Of a DNA stretch of 64,000 nucleotides, positions 30,077-41,200 are shown piece after piece. This DNA is from Promethearchaeota archaeon. GTDB taxonomy: Archaea; Asgardarchaeota; Thorarchaeia; Thorarchaeales; Thorarchaeaceae. Position 1 is the first letter of the stretch; every line of letters starts with the position of its first letter. The notes beneath the pieces were generated by a model that did not search any database, was not told where the DNA came from, and was given only the letters and a program-made list of their open reading frames with translations. The position numbers and the translations under genes were made by a program. The stretch lies in contig WJMJ01000018.1 in NCBI GenBank assembly GCA_014728035.1, forward strand, positions 64,001-128,000, read 5' to 3'.

Positions 30077-30604
30077 ATGGAAATTAGCAAAGAGTTAGCA
30101 GATATGATTAATGACCAACTTAATTTTGAGATATACAGTGGTTATATCTATCTAGCAATGGGTGCTTGGTTTGAAGACCAGAATCTAAGTGGATTCGCAC
30201 GTTGGATGGAAATACAGTTTGATGAGGAATATGCGCACGCAATAAGATTCTGGAGACATCTTTACGAAAGAGGTGCAAAAGTCGAATTGAAAGCGATTGA
30301 AGCACCTAAGACCGAATGGACCTCTCCTCTAGAAGCATTTCAAGATGCATATGAACATGAGAAATTAGTCACTGAGCGGATCTACAAAATTGGAGAACTC
30401 GCTGAGCAACAGAAAGATAGAGCAACTTTGTCATTTCTGAATTGGTTCTATGACGAACAAGTCGAAGAAGAAGACAAAACTATGACAATTCGTGATACAT
30501 TGAAAATGATTGGCGATAGTATTCCCGCTCTCCTACAACTAGACGCAAAACTTGGAGCAAGACCACCAGTGTCAGGAGTACCTCAAGAATCAACAGAACC
30601 ATAG
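30077..30604 (+). CDS. ftnA: Non-heme ferritin
   Basis: INDQLNFE..S.YIYLAM, EEYAHA, HEKLVT and FLNWFYDEQVEEE ferroxidase residues. Confidence 0.96.
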   Translation: MEISKELADMINDQLNFEIYSGYIYLAMGAWFEDQNLSGFARWMEIQFDEEYAHAIRFWRHLYERGAKVELKAIEAPKTEWTSPLEAFQDAYEHEKLVTERIYKIGELAEQQKDRATLSFLNWFYDEQVEEEDKTMTIRDTLKMIGDSIPALLQLDAKLGARPPVSGVPQESTEP

Positions 30605-30623
30605 AAGATTCACGAATAAACAG

Positions 30624-30653
30624 GCGGCTCTATGAGCCGCACATCATTTTTCT
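30624..30653 (+). terminator. Hairpin plus T tract after ferritin
   Basis: GCGGCTC-TAT-GAGCCGC followed by ACATCATTTTT. Confidence 0.6.
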
Positions 30654-30706
30654 TAAGATAGTATAACTTATTTTCTACCCTTCCATTCAATTTCATTGTG
30701 TAAGCC

Positions 30707-32701
30707 ATGTTACCAAAGAAAGTAATAGACTCTGTAAATGAAGTTGTATCAGGTGTAAAAGCCAAGGATAATGTTGCCCATATATCAGGATTTCATCGGA
30801 TACAAGTTACATCTCAAATTGACTTGGCAATTGACTGGGTTAAAGATGAAATTGATAGGTTAAGTGGAATTGAAACCAAAGTATTCGAATATGACTCAGA
30901 TGGTGTTTCTTCAATCGAAACGTGGGACTCTCTTTACTCGTGGAATCCTGAAAGCGGGATGTTACGACTAATTGAACCTGAGAGTAAGATTCTAGCAGAC
31001 TTTGGAGCTGAGAAAATTTCACTTGCTGCTCACTCAACAACAGCCGATTGTGAAGCTGAAGTGGTCTACGTTGGAAAAGGCACCAAGGACTCTGATTATG
31101 ATGAGAAAGATATCAAAGGGAAAATTGTTCTAGCTACAGGAAAGGCAAAATATGTACATCAAAAAGCATGCATTGAACGTAATGCAATTGGAGTGCTTAC
31201 CTATATACCACCTTCTGGAAAGAACGAAATAGCCTCGATTCGAAGATATGAAGGTCTTTGGCCTAATTCCGAAGAAGCTGAAAAAACCAAATTTGGATTT
31301 GCTTTGACTCAATCTGATGGTATTAAACTAAAATCATGGCTCGATAAAGGAAAGTCAGTAAAAGTAAAAGCAAGAATCAAGGCAGAATTAGGAACAGGAA
31401 AGCAAAGAATTCTTTCAGCACTGATTAAGGGAAAAGATGATTCAAAAGAAGTCTGGGCCTTCGCACATATTTGTCATCCCCATCCAGGTGCTAATGATAA
31501 TGCCTCGGGCGCAGGGTCATTACTTGAAGCAGTAAGAACAATTCAACACATGTTTAATGAAGGCACGATAGAGAAACCAGAATATTCGATCAGATTCCTT
31601 TGGGGTGCAGAGTGGCATTCAACAATTTATCTTATTGAGAATGAAAAGGATATTTTGAAAAAATGTGTTGCAATGATTAACATGGACATGGTGGGAACTA
31701 ATCCTGCGTTATCTGGTAGCATATTCAAAGTATATCGAACTCCATTCTCCTTACCTTCTTCATTGAACAATGTTGTAAGATACTGGTTGGAGCTGGAAGG
31801 TAAGAAGCTACCAAAAGCATCTGAAGGAGGAAGTATCACCCCACACACCTATGGATATTCACGATATAGTGCTGGAAGTGACCATTTTCTATTCACAGAT
31901 GCAACAATTGGTATACCTTCAGTAATGCTCAATCAGTATCCTGACAAATTCTATCATACCTCTACTGATACAATCGACAAGATTGATCCATCACAGATGG
32001 CATATGCAACCAAAGTGCTTGCACTATCACTGCTAACTCTATCATATAGAAAAACAACCTGCAAAGAATCTCTCTTGATAAGCATCAGAAATGAAATGGT
32101 CGAGCTATTGCAGGCAACCTCATTCGATGCGGTTTCAAAACTTGGACAATGCATCGGAGATCCGGAAGATGTCTATGCGCAAGCATTTACATTTCTTGGA
32201 TATGTGCGAAACCTAGGTTTTGCAACTCTTGATAAAGCAAAAGAAGAATGGTATTTGATAAGCGAACAGGAGCAACTCAGACAGTCTCTAAAAACCAGTA
32301 TAGAAATGACTTACACTGCTGAAATGGTGGTCTTGCGGAGGGCATACGAGGGAGCTTGTGCAGAAGTTGGACTTGAGGCAAAAGAGGAGGAACTAATTGA
32401 CCTCGACAAAGTCAGCTTTGAATTGGAAGTAAAACGAAAGTTCAAGTATGCACTCAGTCCATCAAAACTACTTGAAAAAGTTGGAGACCGTTCTGCATAC
32501 TACATTGAGAAGCGAATGAATGACGAACACTTCTTTGATAAGATAGATGAATTACTCAATCTATCTGTAGACTGGGCTAATCTCGATGAGATATGGAAGA
32601 AGCTAGCTTTTCAATTCGGATATTTTGAACAAAAAGAACTTTCGGAAGTAATTAAGGACCTTGAAAAAGGAGGTCTGTTGGAAACCCGGAGTATCAGCTA
32701 A
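30707..32701 (+). CDS. M28 family aminopeptidase with PA domain (DUF4910-like)
   Basis: PA domain VVYVG.G...DY...DIKGKIVL; AHICHP..GANDNASG, NMDMVG, SDH and YHTSTD motifs. Confidence 0.88.
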   Translation: MLPKKVIDSVNEVVSGVKAKDNVAHISGFHRIQVTSQIDLAIDWVKDEIDRLSGIETKVFEYDSDGVSSIETWDSLYSWNPESGMLRLIEPESKILADFGAEKISLAAHSTTADCEAEVVYVGKGTKDSDYDEKDIKGKIVLATGKAKYVHQKACIERNAIGVLTYIPPSGKNEIASIRRYEGLWPNSEEAEKTKFGFALTQSDGIKLKSWLDKGKSVKVKARIKAELGTGKQRILSALIKGKDDSKEVWAFAHICHPHPGANDNASGAGSLLEAVRTIQHMFNEGTIEKPEYSIRFLWGAEWHSTIYLIENEKDILKKCVAMINMDMVGTNPALSGSIFKVYRTPFSLPSSLNNVVRYWLELEGKKLPKASEGGSITPHTYGYSRYSAGSDHFLFTDATIGIPSVMLNQYPDKFYHTSTDTIDKIDPSQMAYATKVLALSLLTLSYRKTTCKESLLISIRNEMVELLQATSFDAVSKLGQCIGDPEDVYAQAFTFLGYVRNLGFATLDKAKEEWYLISEQEQLRQSLKTSIEMTYTAEMVVLRRAYEGACAEVGLEAKEEELIDLDKVSFELEVKRKFKYALSPSKLLEKVGDRSAYYIEKRMNDEHFFDKIDELLNLSVDWANLDEIWKKLAFQFGYFEQKELSEVIKDLEKGGLLETRSIS

Positions 32702-33190
32702 ATGACTGAGAATCAGAGACCGTATTCTAAGGTCATATTTGCAGGGACATTTGACAGGTTGCACGAAGGTCATAAACATCTCCTTCGTGTTAGCCTTTCC
32801 TTAGGAGAAAATCTTGCAATTGGAATAACAACAGATAAGATGTTACAGAAAAAGACCGGTCACGATAAGATCCAATCTTTCAAAGAACGCTCTGCAAATG
32901 TTATGAAGTTCTTACAAGACATTCAAGCTGCAGAAAGATGTGAGATATTCGCTATCGACACTGTAGAGGGAGGGGCTGACAAAATGGAAGATCTAGAAGC
33001 ATTAATCATATCTGATGACAGAAAAGTCTTGGATAATGCCCTCAGAATCAATAATTTGAGGGAAGAAAACGGTCTAGATAGATTTCATATTGTTATTGTA
33101 CCACTTGTAAAAACAAAAGATGGAAAACCACTATCATCTTCCAGAAAACGTCAGGGAGAATCTTTTGAAGAGGAAGAAATTATCTATTAA
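32702..33190 (+). CDS. coaD: Phosphopantetheine adenylyltransferase (archaeal/eukaryotic type)
   Basis: GTFDRLHEGHK, IGITTD, N..REENGL and DGKPLSSS motifs. Confidence 0.88.
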   Translation: MTENQRPYSKVIFAGTFDRLHEGHKHLLRVSLSLGENLAIGITTDKMLQKKTGHDKIQSFKERSANVMKFLQDIQAAERCEIFAIDTVEGGADKMEDLEALIISDDRKVLDNALRINNLREENGLDRFHIVIVPLVKTKDGKPLSSSRKRQGESFEEEEIIY

Positions 33191-34449
33191 AATTCTGAAA
33201 ATCTGTGACCCTGAAGGTAGTACTGGTCAAAAATAGGATTAGAATCTAGAGGAACATACTCAGTTCTACTACAGATCTCAGAGATTTCTTCATCAGGATC
33301 TTGAAGACAGCTTAGAATTCCAGCTCCTTCAAGAGCCCCATGTCCAACTTTTCTATGGCACGCTTGTACAAGATTTGGAAATAGACCAATGGAAGTCGCG
33401 GATTCAATGTCGAGATTAGCACCAAATGATCCAGTAAGGTAAAGATGGTTCACATCCCCTGGAGAGATATCCACACGGTCAAATAGAGTCATAATCGCTC
33501 CAAAGATTGCAGCCTTCGATTGTTGTAACATACGGATATCGGGTTGTGAGATGTATATTCGTTCACCAGTAGCAGAATCATCTTTCTCGACTATAGTATA
33601 GCTAAAGATAGAGTTATGTTCGTGCAAATAGGGCAAATCCAAATTTCTCTGAATCGAACCATTTTCATTAATAATGCCTGTCCGTAACATTTCTGACAGT
33701 AGTGATATTGTGCCTGAACCACAGATTCCGGAAGGTAATAATCTACCAAGAACCAAAGTATTTGGTTTATATGATTCATCAATTTCAACTGCTGTTATCG
33801 CACCAGGTTGTGCTGCCATTCCACATTTGATACTCATGCCTTCAAATGCAGGCCCAGATGGAGCAGAAGTGACTAAATATGAATCTTCATGCTTAAGAAC
33901 AATTTCACTATTCGTGCCAATATCAAGGAGTAGTTTTGTTTTTGATTCATTCTGTTTTGAAGATACTATCATACTGATTGCATCAGATCCGACAAATGCT
34001 TCCATAATTCTTGGACAGAAAACTTGAACATCGGATATTGTTTCCAGTCCAATTTGAGACCCAGAAGTCCAAATTGATCTAGTCTCTGTTGGATGGTAGG
34101 GAAAAGATGCAAGACCATCAAGCGAATAACCGAGAAGGACATGATGCATTACAGTATTTCCAACAACAGTAATCCTCAAAATTTGTTCAACTGAAATATT
34201 GTGACTATCAAGTGTTTTTTGGATTAACAAATTGATTGTAGACCGTAATGAATTTGTCAACTCTCTAAGCTTCTCGGCGTTATTAAAAGAACATCTAATT
34301 AACGAAACAATCTCTTGGCCATATTTGAGTAGAGAATTTGGAATTGAAAATATGGAAAAAGAATCATTACTACAAGTGAGCAATCGAGCAGATATTTGAG
34401 AGGTACCTACATCGATTGCTAGCTTGTACGAATCTTTCTTCTCCACCAC
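33187..34449 (-). CDS. ASKHA ATPase, RACo/DUF4445 corrinoid reductive activator-like, lacking the N-terminal [2Fe-2S] domain
   Basis: AIDVGTS, GNTVMHH, FVGSD, DIGTNSE, GPAFEG, GICGSG, Q.DIR.LQ.SKAAI and L.GSFG motifs; likely GTG start near 34449. Confidence 0.85.
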   Translation of the reverse strand: MVEKKDSYKLAIDVGTSQISARLLTCSNDSFSIFSIPNSLLKYGQEIVSLIRCSFNNAEKLRELTNSLRSTINLLIQKTLDSHNISVEQILRITVVGNTVMHHVLLGYSLDGLASFPYHPTETRSIWTSGSQIGLETISDVQVFCPRIMEAFVGSDAISMIVSSKQNESKTKLLLDIGTNSEIVLKHEDSYLVTSAPSGPAFEGMSIKCGMAAQPGAITAVEIDESYKPNTLVLGRLLPSGICGSGTISLLSEMLRTGIINENGSIQRNLDLPYLHEHNSIFSYTIVEKDDSATGERIYISQPDIRMLQQSKAAIFGAIMTLFDRVDISPGDVNHLYLTGSFGANLDIESATSIGLFPNLVQACHRKVGHGALEGAGILSCLQDPDEEISEICSRTEYVPLDSNPIFDQYYLQGHRFSEF

Positions 34450-34481
34450 ATGCCACCAGCGGTTGGTCTCACAATGAAATT

Positions 34482-34931
34482 TTATCGAACCAACATAACT
34501 GGACAAGTCGCATGATTTACTACTTTGTCACTAATAGATCCAACAAATAATCTCTTGATACCACTAACACCTCGCGAACCCATGATAATCAAGTCTGCAC
34601 CCTGTTCTTCAGCTATCTCAATTATCCGATTTGCAGGATCACCATGAGATATTAGATCAGTTACTTGACAATTCAAGGAATTTGCAATTTTTTTAGCTTT
34701 GGAAAGAATATCCTCACCTAACTTCTGAAGAGCAAGAAAAGGTTGATCGGAAACAGTGTCATGATAGGGAGTGGCTGAAACGAGCATTGGCACCACATTT
34801 AGTAGGATAACCTCTGCCTCTAATTTTGGCCCCATCGAACACGCATATCTTACCGCTTTATCAGAATGCTCAGACCCATCTATTGCAACTAGAATGGTCT
34901 TTAATTCAACTTTCTCAGCTTCTGAACTCAT
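34482..34931 (-). CDS. Universal stress protein
   Basis: ILVAIDGSEHS, GDPA..I, DLIIMGSRG...GSIS..V...A.CPV. Confidence 0.95.
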   Translation of the reverse strand: MSSEAEKVELKTILVAIDGSEHSDKAVRYACSMGPKLEAEVILLNVVPMLVSATPYHDTVSDQPFLALQKLGEDILSKAKKIANSLNCQVTDLISHGDPANRIIEIAEEQGADLIIMGSRGVSGIKRLFVGSISDKVVNHATCPVMLVR

Positions 34932-35072
34932 ATCACACCAACATATGTTTCAGTGTAAGCGAGCCTTATCTCTCTTGTGCCACAGTGTAATTTCAAGTAG
35001 GATATGGAAACACACGATGAGAATATATGGAAATATTTCTCTAATTACTCATATCATTCGGAGCCGTTAATA

Positions 35073-35306
35073 ATGCGAATAACTGGTACACGTTACACTA
35101 TTGACAAAAAACCCCCCGTTTTAGAACTGAGATATCAGGGAAGAGTTGTTTCCAAGTTCGAATATGTTGGCAAAACACTCAATGATGTGTCAGAAGAAAT
35201 TTGGGCCGATCTAAAGCGCAAAGGAACAACAATTCTGAAGGGTGCTTTGAAGGACGAGCTGTCCACTCTATTTCCAGGAATTAGAGTGACAGGGCCCTTG
35301 AAGTAA
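35073..35306 (+). CDS. Small basic hypothetical protein (77 aa)
   Basis: GGAG SD before ATG 35073; K/R-rich beta-beta-alpha-alpha-like sequence; fills the gap between usp and glyS. Confidence 0.7.
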   Translation: MRITGTRYTIDKKPPVLELRYQGRVVSKFEYVGKTLNDVSEEIWADLKRKGTTILKGALKDELSTLFPGIRVTGPLK

Positions 35307-35322
35307 AGAGATTCCTAAGAGG

Positions 35323-36828
35323 TTAGAGGTCTGAGAACCTCTTCTCACCTCTTACCAACAAACGTAGAGTATCAACCAATTCAGTATACTTGACTCTGAC
35401 TTGATCCATACTATCACGGTCTCTTATTGTAACCGTGGTATCCTCTAAGGTATCATAATCGATAGTAATACAATAGGGTGTTCCTATCTCATCCTGCCGA
35501 CGGTATCGCCGTCCAATCGACCCACTTCTATCATAATATGTTATGAGACCGCTTTCTAGGATATCCTCGTAGATTTCCTTTGCTTTTGATTCAAGTTCGT
35601 CTTTCCCCATCAAAGGAAAGACTGCTACTTGAATAGGAGCAACTGATGGTGGGAATCGTAACCAGCTCCTTTCGTCATCTTCTTCATATGCATTATCAAT
35701 TAAACAATAAAGAGGCCGTTCAACGCCAAACGCTATTTCAAGAACATCGGGTACTACAGGTTTTTTATCAACTTTGACATAGAGCTTCTCTTTTGAGAAC
35801 TCTTTGTGGCGTGTCAAGTCATAATTTCCACGATCATGTACACCACAGCATTCCACCCAGCCAAAACTTTCTGTATAAACTTCTACATCCCATGCGTCTT
35901 TTGCATAATGTGCTCGTTCATTTGGAAGGTGTTGACGAAGTCGCATCATATCATCTGTGAAACCCATGCTTCTAAATATCTGATATGCCAGATGCACACA
36001 CCAACCATATGCTTGTTTTTGGAAATAGCCCTTCTCTAGCGCTTCCTTCATTGAAACCTCTACTACCTCATCTGATTCTCCTTCCTGGTTCTGATACGGA
36101 AGCAGAGGAAGTGTATCATCTGCGATGGCAGGGAAGAATTCCCAATCAATCTCATCAGCTTCAAGAATGAATATCTGCCCCTCAACTTGAGTGAATTCTC
36201 TTAGTCTTAGCATGCCTTGACGAGGTGATATTTCGTTTCTGTAGGCTTTTCCAATCTGAAAGACCTGCGCCGGAAGTTTGCGTCTAAAAAATGTAAGAAA
36301 TCTTTTGAACAACAAGTAGGTTGTCGTTGCAGTTTCAGGTCGCATATACGCAGTCTGATCCAGACCAAGTTGCGTCTTTAACATAAGATTATACTGGGTA
36401 ACAGGACCAAGTTCGGCCTTACACGACGGACAGACTATACCTAATTCTTCCATCTTTTCAGTCATCTCATCAAGAGATAGACCTTTGATTTTCGCATCTG
36501 GAACCTGTTCTTCAATGAGGGTATCGGCACGATAACTCTGATCACACTTAGTACATACTGTAACAGGATCGATAAAACCATCGAGGTGACCAGATGCCTT
36601 CCATACAATTTCCGGAGAAACAGTTGGACACTCAACTTCCCAGAAGTTAGCTTTGACAAATGAACCACGTATTTGGCTCTCTAATCGGTTCTTCAAAAGT
36701 TTGCCAAGAGGACCTAAATCATAAAGACCTGCGGCTCCACCATAAATCTCAGGGGATGGCCCCCAGAAGAAACCTCTCTTTTTACAAAGTCCATATATAA
36801 CTTCTTGATGGTCTTTATCATCACTCAT
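35323..36828 (-). CDS. glyS: Glycine--tRNA ligase (alpha2 type)
   Basis: WKASGH, MRPETA, QIGKAYRNEISPRQGMLRLREFTQ, E.AHYA, GSIGRRYRRQDEIGTP. Confidence 0.97.
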   Translation of the reverse strand: MSDDKDHQEVIYGLCKKRGFFWGPSPEIYGGAAGLYDLGPLGKLLKNRLESQIRGSFVKANFWEVECPTVSPEIVWKASGHLDGFIDPVTVCTKCDQSYRADTLIEEQVPDAKIKGLSLDEMTEKMEELGIVCPSCKAELGPVTQYNLMLKTQLGLDQTAYMRPETATTTYLLFKRFLTFFRRKLPAQVFQIGKAYRNEISPRQGMLRLREFTQVEGQIFILEADEIDWEFFPAIADDTLPLLPYQNQEGESDEVVEVSMKEALEKGYFQKQAYGWCVHLAYQIFRSMGFTDDMMRLRQHLPNERAHYAKDAWDVEVYTESFGWVECCGVHDRGNYDLTRHKEFSKEKLYVKVDKKPVVPDVLEIAFGVERPLYCLIDNAYEEDDERSWLRFPPSVAPIQVAVFPLMGKDELESKAKEIYEDILESGLITYYDRSGSIGRRYRRQDEIGTPYCITIDYDTLEDTTVTIRDRDSMDQVRVKYTELVDTLRLLVRGEKRFSDL

Positions 36829-36977
36829 AGTCAAAACCAATCTTCGTGCTAATTACGTGTTTCTTAAACCTATGGTTGAATGACCTATTTTTGTACATCA
36901 CTCGGTAATGATGTTCCTTGGGAAGACGTTCGTCATTCTTATTAGTGAAATAAGACTCTGGAAATCAGGGTGCTGAA

Positions 36978-38240
36978 ATGGTTGAAGATTCGCAAATATC
37001 GGGTTTCTACAAGTTATCAATGAATGAACGACAGAAAAAACTACAAGAACTCACAGGAATTAATCCTGAAGTCCTTGAGCCACTTTTTAATCCTGGCACA
37101 GTTGATATGGAAGTTCTAGACCATATGATAGAAAATGTAGTTGGGTCCATGACCTTACCATTGGGGATAGCTACGAACTTCAGAGTTAACAATCAGGACT
37201 ATCTTATTCCAATGGCGATCGAAGAACCATCAGTTGTTGCAGCTGCGAGTAATGCTGCAAAAATGACTCGTCCTCATGGGGGATTCTATGCTACAGACAC
37301 AGGACCTGTTATGATTGCACAGATACAAGCTATAGAGGTGCCAGCACCGTTTTCAGCTAAGATTGACATATTACGAATAAAAGAAGAGCTTCTAGAATTC
37401 GCAAACAAACAGGATCCGATATTGGTTAAATTTGGAGGTGGTGCAAAGGACATTCGAGTAAGAGTTATTGACTCATCCATTGGACCGATGTTGATAACTG
37501 AACTGATAGTAGATACACGTGATGCCATGGGTGCCAATGCGGTTAACACAATGGCTGAAGCTCTCGCACCTAGAATTAAAGAAGTCACTGGTGGCAAAGT
37601 ACTTCTGAGAATTTTATCAAATCTTGCAGAGTTACGACTTGTTCAGGTTCGGGCAATCTTTGATGCAAAGATGCTTGGTGGTGAAGAAGTGGTAGATGGA
37701 ATAATTGCAGCTTGGGCATTTGCTGAGGCGGACCCGTATAGATGTGCCACACACAACAAAGGAATTATGAACGGAATCGATGCTGTAGTTGTAGCAACTG
37801 GAAATGACTTCAGAGCTATTGAGGCTGGAGCACACAGTTTTGCTGCCAAAAATGGTTACAGTTCATTAACTAAATACGAAAAAAATGAAGATGGAAACCT
37901 TGTTGGAAGTATTGAGATTCCAATGGCAGTTGGACTTGTAGGGGGAGCTACAAAAGTACATCCGGTTGCTAGGGCCAGTGTTAAAATCCTAAATGTTGAA
38001 ACATCCATAGAGCTTGCTCGCATCATTGCTTCAGTGGGACTTGCGCAAAATGCCGCCGCGCTTCGTGCTCTTGCAGCAGAAGGGATTCAGAAAGGGCACA
38101 TGGCACTACACGCAAGAAATGTTGCTTCTACCGCTGGAGCTCGTGGAGAAATGATTGAAGTCATCGCAAAGAAATTGATTGAAGAAAAAATGGTCAAAGT
38201 CGAACGAGCAAAAGAACTCTTGGAAGAACTATCCAAATAG
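36978..38240 (+). CDS. mvaA: HMG-CoA reductase, class II
   Basis: ENVVG, EEPSVVAAAS, DAMGAN, THNKGIMNG and GIQKGHMALH motifs. Confidence 0.95.
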   Translation: MVEDSQISGFYKLSMNERQKKLQELTGINPEVLEPLFNPGTVDMEVLDHMIENVVGSMTLPLGIATNFRVNNQDYLIPMAIEEPSVVAAASNAAKMTRPHGGFYATDTGPVMIAQIQAIEVPAPFSAKIDILRIKEELLEFANKQDPILVKFGGGAKDIRVRVIDSSIGPMLITELIVDTRDAMGANAVNTMAEALAPRIKEVTGGKVLLRILSNLAELRLVQVRAIFDAKMLGGEEVVDGIIAAWAFAEADPYRCATHNKGIMNGIDAVVVATGNDFRAIEAGAHSFAAKNGYSSLTKYEKNEDGNLVGSIEIPMAVGLVGGATKVHPVARASVKILNVETSIELARIIASVGLAQNAAALRALAAEGIQKGHMALHARNVASTAGARGEMIEVIAKKLIEEKMVKVERAKELLEELSK

Positions 38241-38241
38241 G

Positions 38242-41200
38242 TTATTTGGAAACATCATGAAGAGGTATATGAATTCTGAAGCTCGTCTGTTTGGAATCAT
38301 CAAGTGTGATTTTCCAATCATGAGCTTCTATAATTCGTTTCACTATCTGAAGACCTAATCCACCCTTATCTTTGCTACTAATCTTCTTAAGAAAAATAGA
38401 CTTTCTGATTTTTTCAGGGATTTCTTTTCCATCATTTGTTATAACGATATCAACCTCTTTACCATGATATTCGCTAAAAACAGATATGGTAGATGGATTT
38501 CCATGTTCAAATGCATTTTGAATGAGATTTTGAAATGCTTGAGTTATTTTTGCCAAATCGCACTCTACTGTTGGTAGGTTTGAAAGATGCATATCAACTG
38601 AGTTAGGTATGATTGTATCATTTATCGATTGAAGAATCTCGAATAAGTCACATGTTTCTCTTTGGCCTATAATCATACCCGCATCTGCAAGTTGGACTGA
38701 TTCTCTTAGGAGACTCTCCATCTGGTCAATCATAGTCTTGAACCTGGAGATGTAATCAGGATTGTATTCATCATCCAATAATGAAAGTAATCCCATCATA
38801 TTATGTAAGATGTTAGATATGTCATGCTTCATCTGATGTGTGAATTTAGATAGTTCATCTCGCTGGGTTTCTAATTTCAATTTCGCTTCTATCTCAGGAG
38901 TGATATCTTGTGCAGAACCAATTATCCGAAAAACATCTGATTCGGATTTGACTTTCTGAACAGCACCATACCCATGAATCCAACGTATGGTTCCTTCTGG
39001 AAGATGTATGCGATAAATGAAATTAACAACATCCAAATTATCTGCATTTTGTAACAACTGTTTGAATCTCTCTTTGTCATCGGAATGAACTATGGAAAGG
39101 AACCACTTCCACAGGTCTTCCGTTTTTTCTGGAACTTGATTCTGTGTGATTCCATGAATATCACACCACTGATCACTAAAATAAGATTCAGACAGATCAT
39201 TTCTTAATTCAAAATAACCAATTCCGGTGGCCTCCATTGCAATACCGAGTCGCTCCTTGCTCTTCTGAAGCTGCTTTTCAATCTCTATATGTTTGGTAAT
39301 GTCGGTTGCAATCATTAGGAGATGATTGGGCGAAGCCTTTGTAAAGTACCAGATCATATGAAAACTTCGATTTTGTGTAAGCATTTGGTATTCTGTCTCA
39401 AATTGAATGATATCTCCCAAGCTCATTGCCATTGCTTCTGTAATTTTATGTTTATAATGTGGAGATTGGTGATAAATCTCCTCTACAGTCTTTCCAACCA
39501 GAGATTCGACTTTTCCTTTGGAAGCATCATGGATTCTGAAATTAACAGCAACAAGACGAATAGATCCATCTTCTTCACGCTCCCAGACCTGAACAAATTC
39601 TGGTATTGCATTAAATAATGCTCGGAAAAATGCTTCACTCTCTGTAAGTTCTAGAGCCAGTTTTTGTCGTTCAGTTGTGTCTCTCATGCTTGTGCGGAAT
39701 CCAAGTAGCTCACCAAGATTGTTGCGCATTGGTTGATATGACATAGCTATCCAACGAACTAAACCGTCTTTGGTTAATATTCTAAAAGGGATATCATTTC
39801 CTTTGGATTCTCCATCAGTTGCTTGATTCAAGATATCAAATATTTTGTATCGATCTTCTGGATGAATAATTGATATTGGATAATCCTTCATTCCCATACA
39901 GTCTTTCACAGAATATCCAGTAATCCTTTCGACTGCAGGATTTACCCATATGAGATTCCCATCATTACCAATCCAACTCTCCCAATCATAGGTTACATCA
40001 GCAATTATTCTAAAATAGGGGTCTCGAATCGGGTCAGATATACCATTGGCACCTCCAGTAACATCCTTCAGAATGCAGTGGGTCTTCTCAAAGGTTCCAT
40101 TGCTATTATATGAAATGCACCCATCAATGGAAACTTGTCGAATATCTCCGTCCTCTCGAATCATATCATAACGAACGTCATGAACTCGACCGTCTTCTTT
40201 GAATTTCTGGAAGTTTTCGTGGAATTTTCGCCGTTGAGATTCTACAATGAAATCCCCAAAACTTCGTCCGATTACGTTATCTCTATCATAGTCAAATAAT
40301 TCTAGCCATGCCAAATTGACTTCGCGGATACAACCATTTCCATCCAGTGACTGATATGGAAGAGGGGCATATTCGAATAGAGAGCTGAAATAGGAAGTCT
40401 GTTGTTTGATCTCTTGTTCTGCTTTGTATTCCTCAGTTTTGTCTGAGAAAACTACCAATACAGACCGTTTGTCAGCATATTGAATCGGATTCAGAAATGC
40501 CTCTAGCCATTTTATCGTTCCAGAAGTGTTCACTATTTTGTAACGCTTCTTGATAGGTGTATTAAATTCTCCTAGTTTTCTTTCATAATCTTCAACTAAT
40601 TCTGGATGTTCTGATATATCAAGAATTGCTGATAGATTATCCGGTCCAAATCCAATCAGCTCGCTTTTCTTATATCCAAGTATCTCTCCGGCCATCTCAT
40701 TTGCAAATAACACTTGAACTGAATCCAACCCAATAACCAACACTCCTTGCGGGGTTGATTCAATTAATGCTTCTGCTAATTCTTCACTCATCTCTTTTAA
40801 TCGAATGGCCTCTTTCTCTTTTGTAATATCAGATACTAAGAGAACGATATGTTTCCCATTTTGGTGGAGACTAAGGTAAGCACGATACCAAATCTTCTCT
40901 TCATCAAATTCTAACCAGTATTCCATAACTTCTGTCTGACCAGTTTCAAGAATTCTCTGTTTACGTTCGATATATTCTTCATAAATACGAGGCGGAACGA
41001 CATCACTAGCTTTTTTGCCCAGAAATTCATCAGGCGATACAATTACTCTGGACGTTTCAGAACCGAAGAAATCTATATATCTATCATCTTCGTCCATCAC
41101 AAAAATCATATCTTGCATGGATTCGATTAATAGACGATTCCGAAGCTTGGATTCATCTAAAGCCTTACTAATTTGAAAACTCAACACTGCATTTTGCAAC

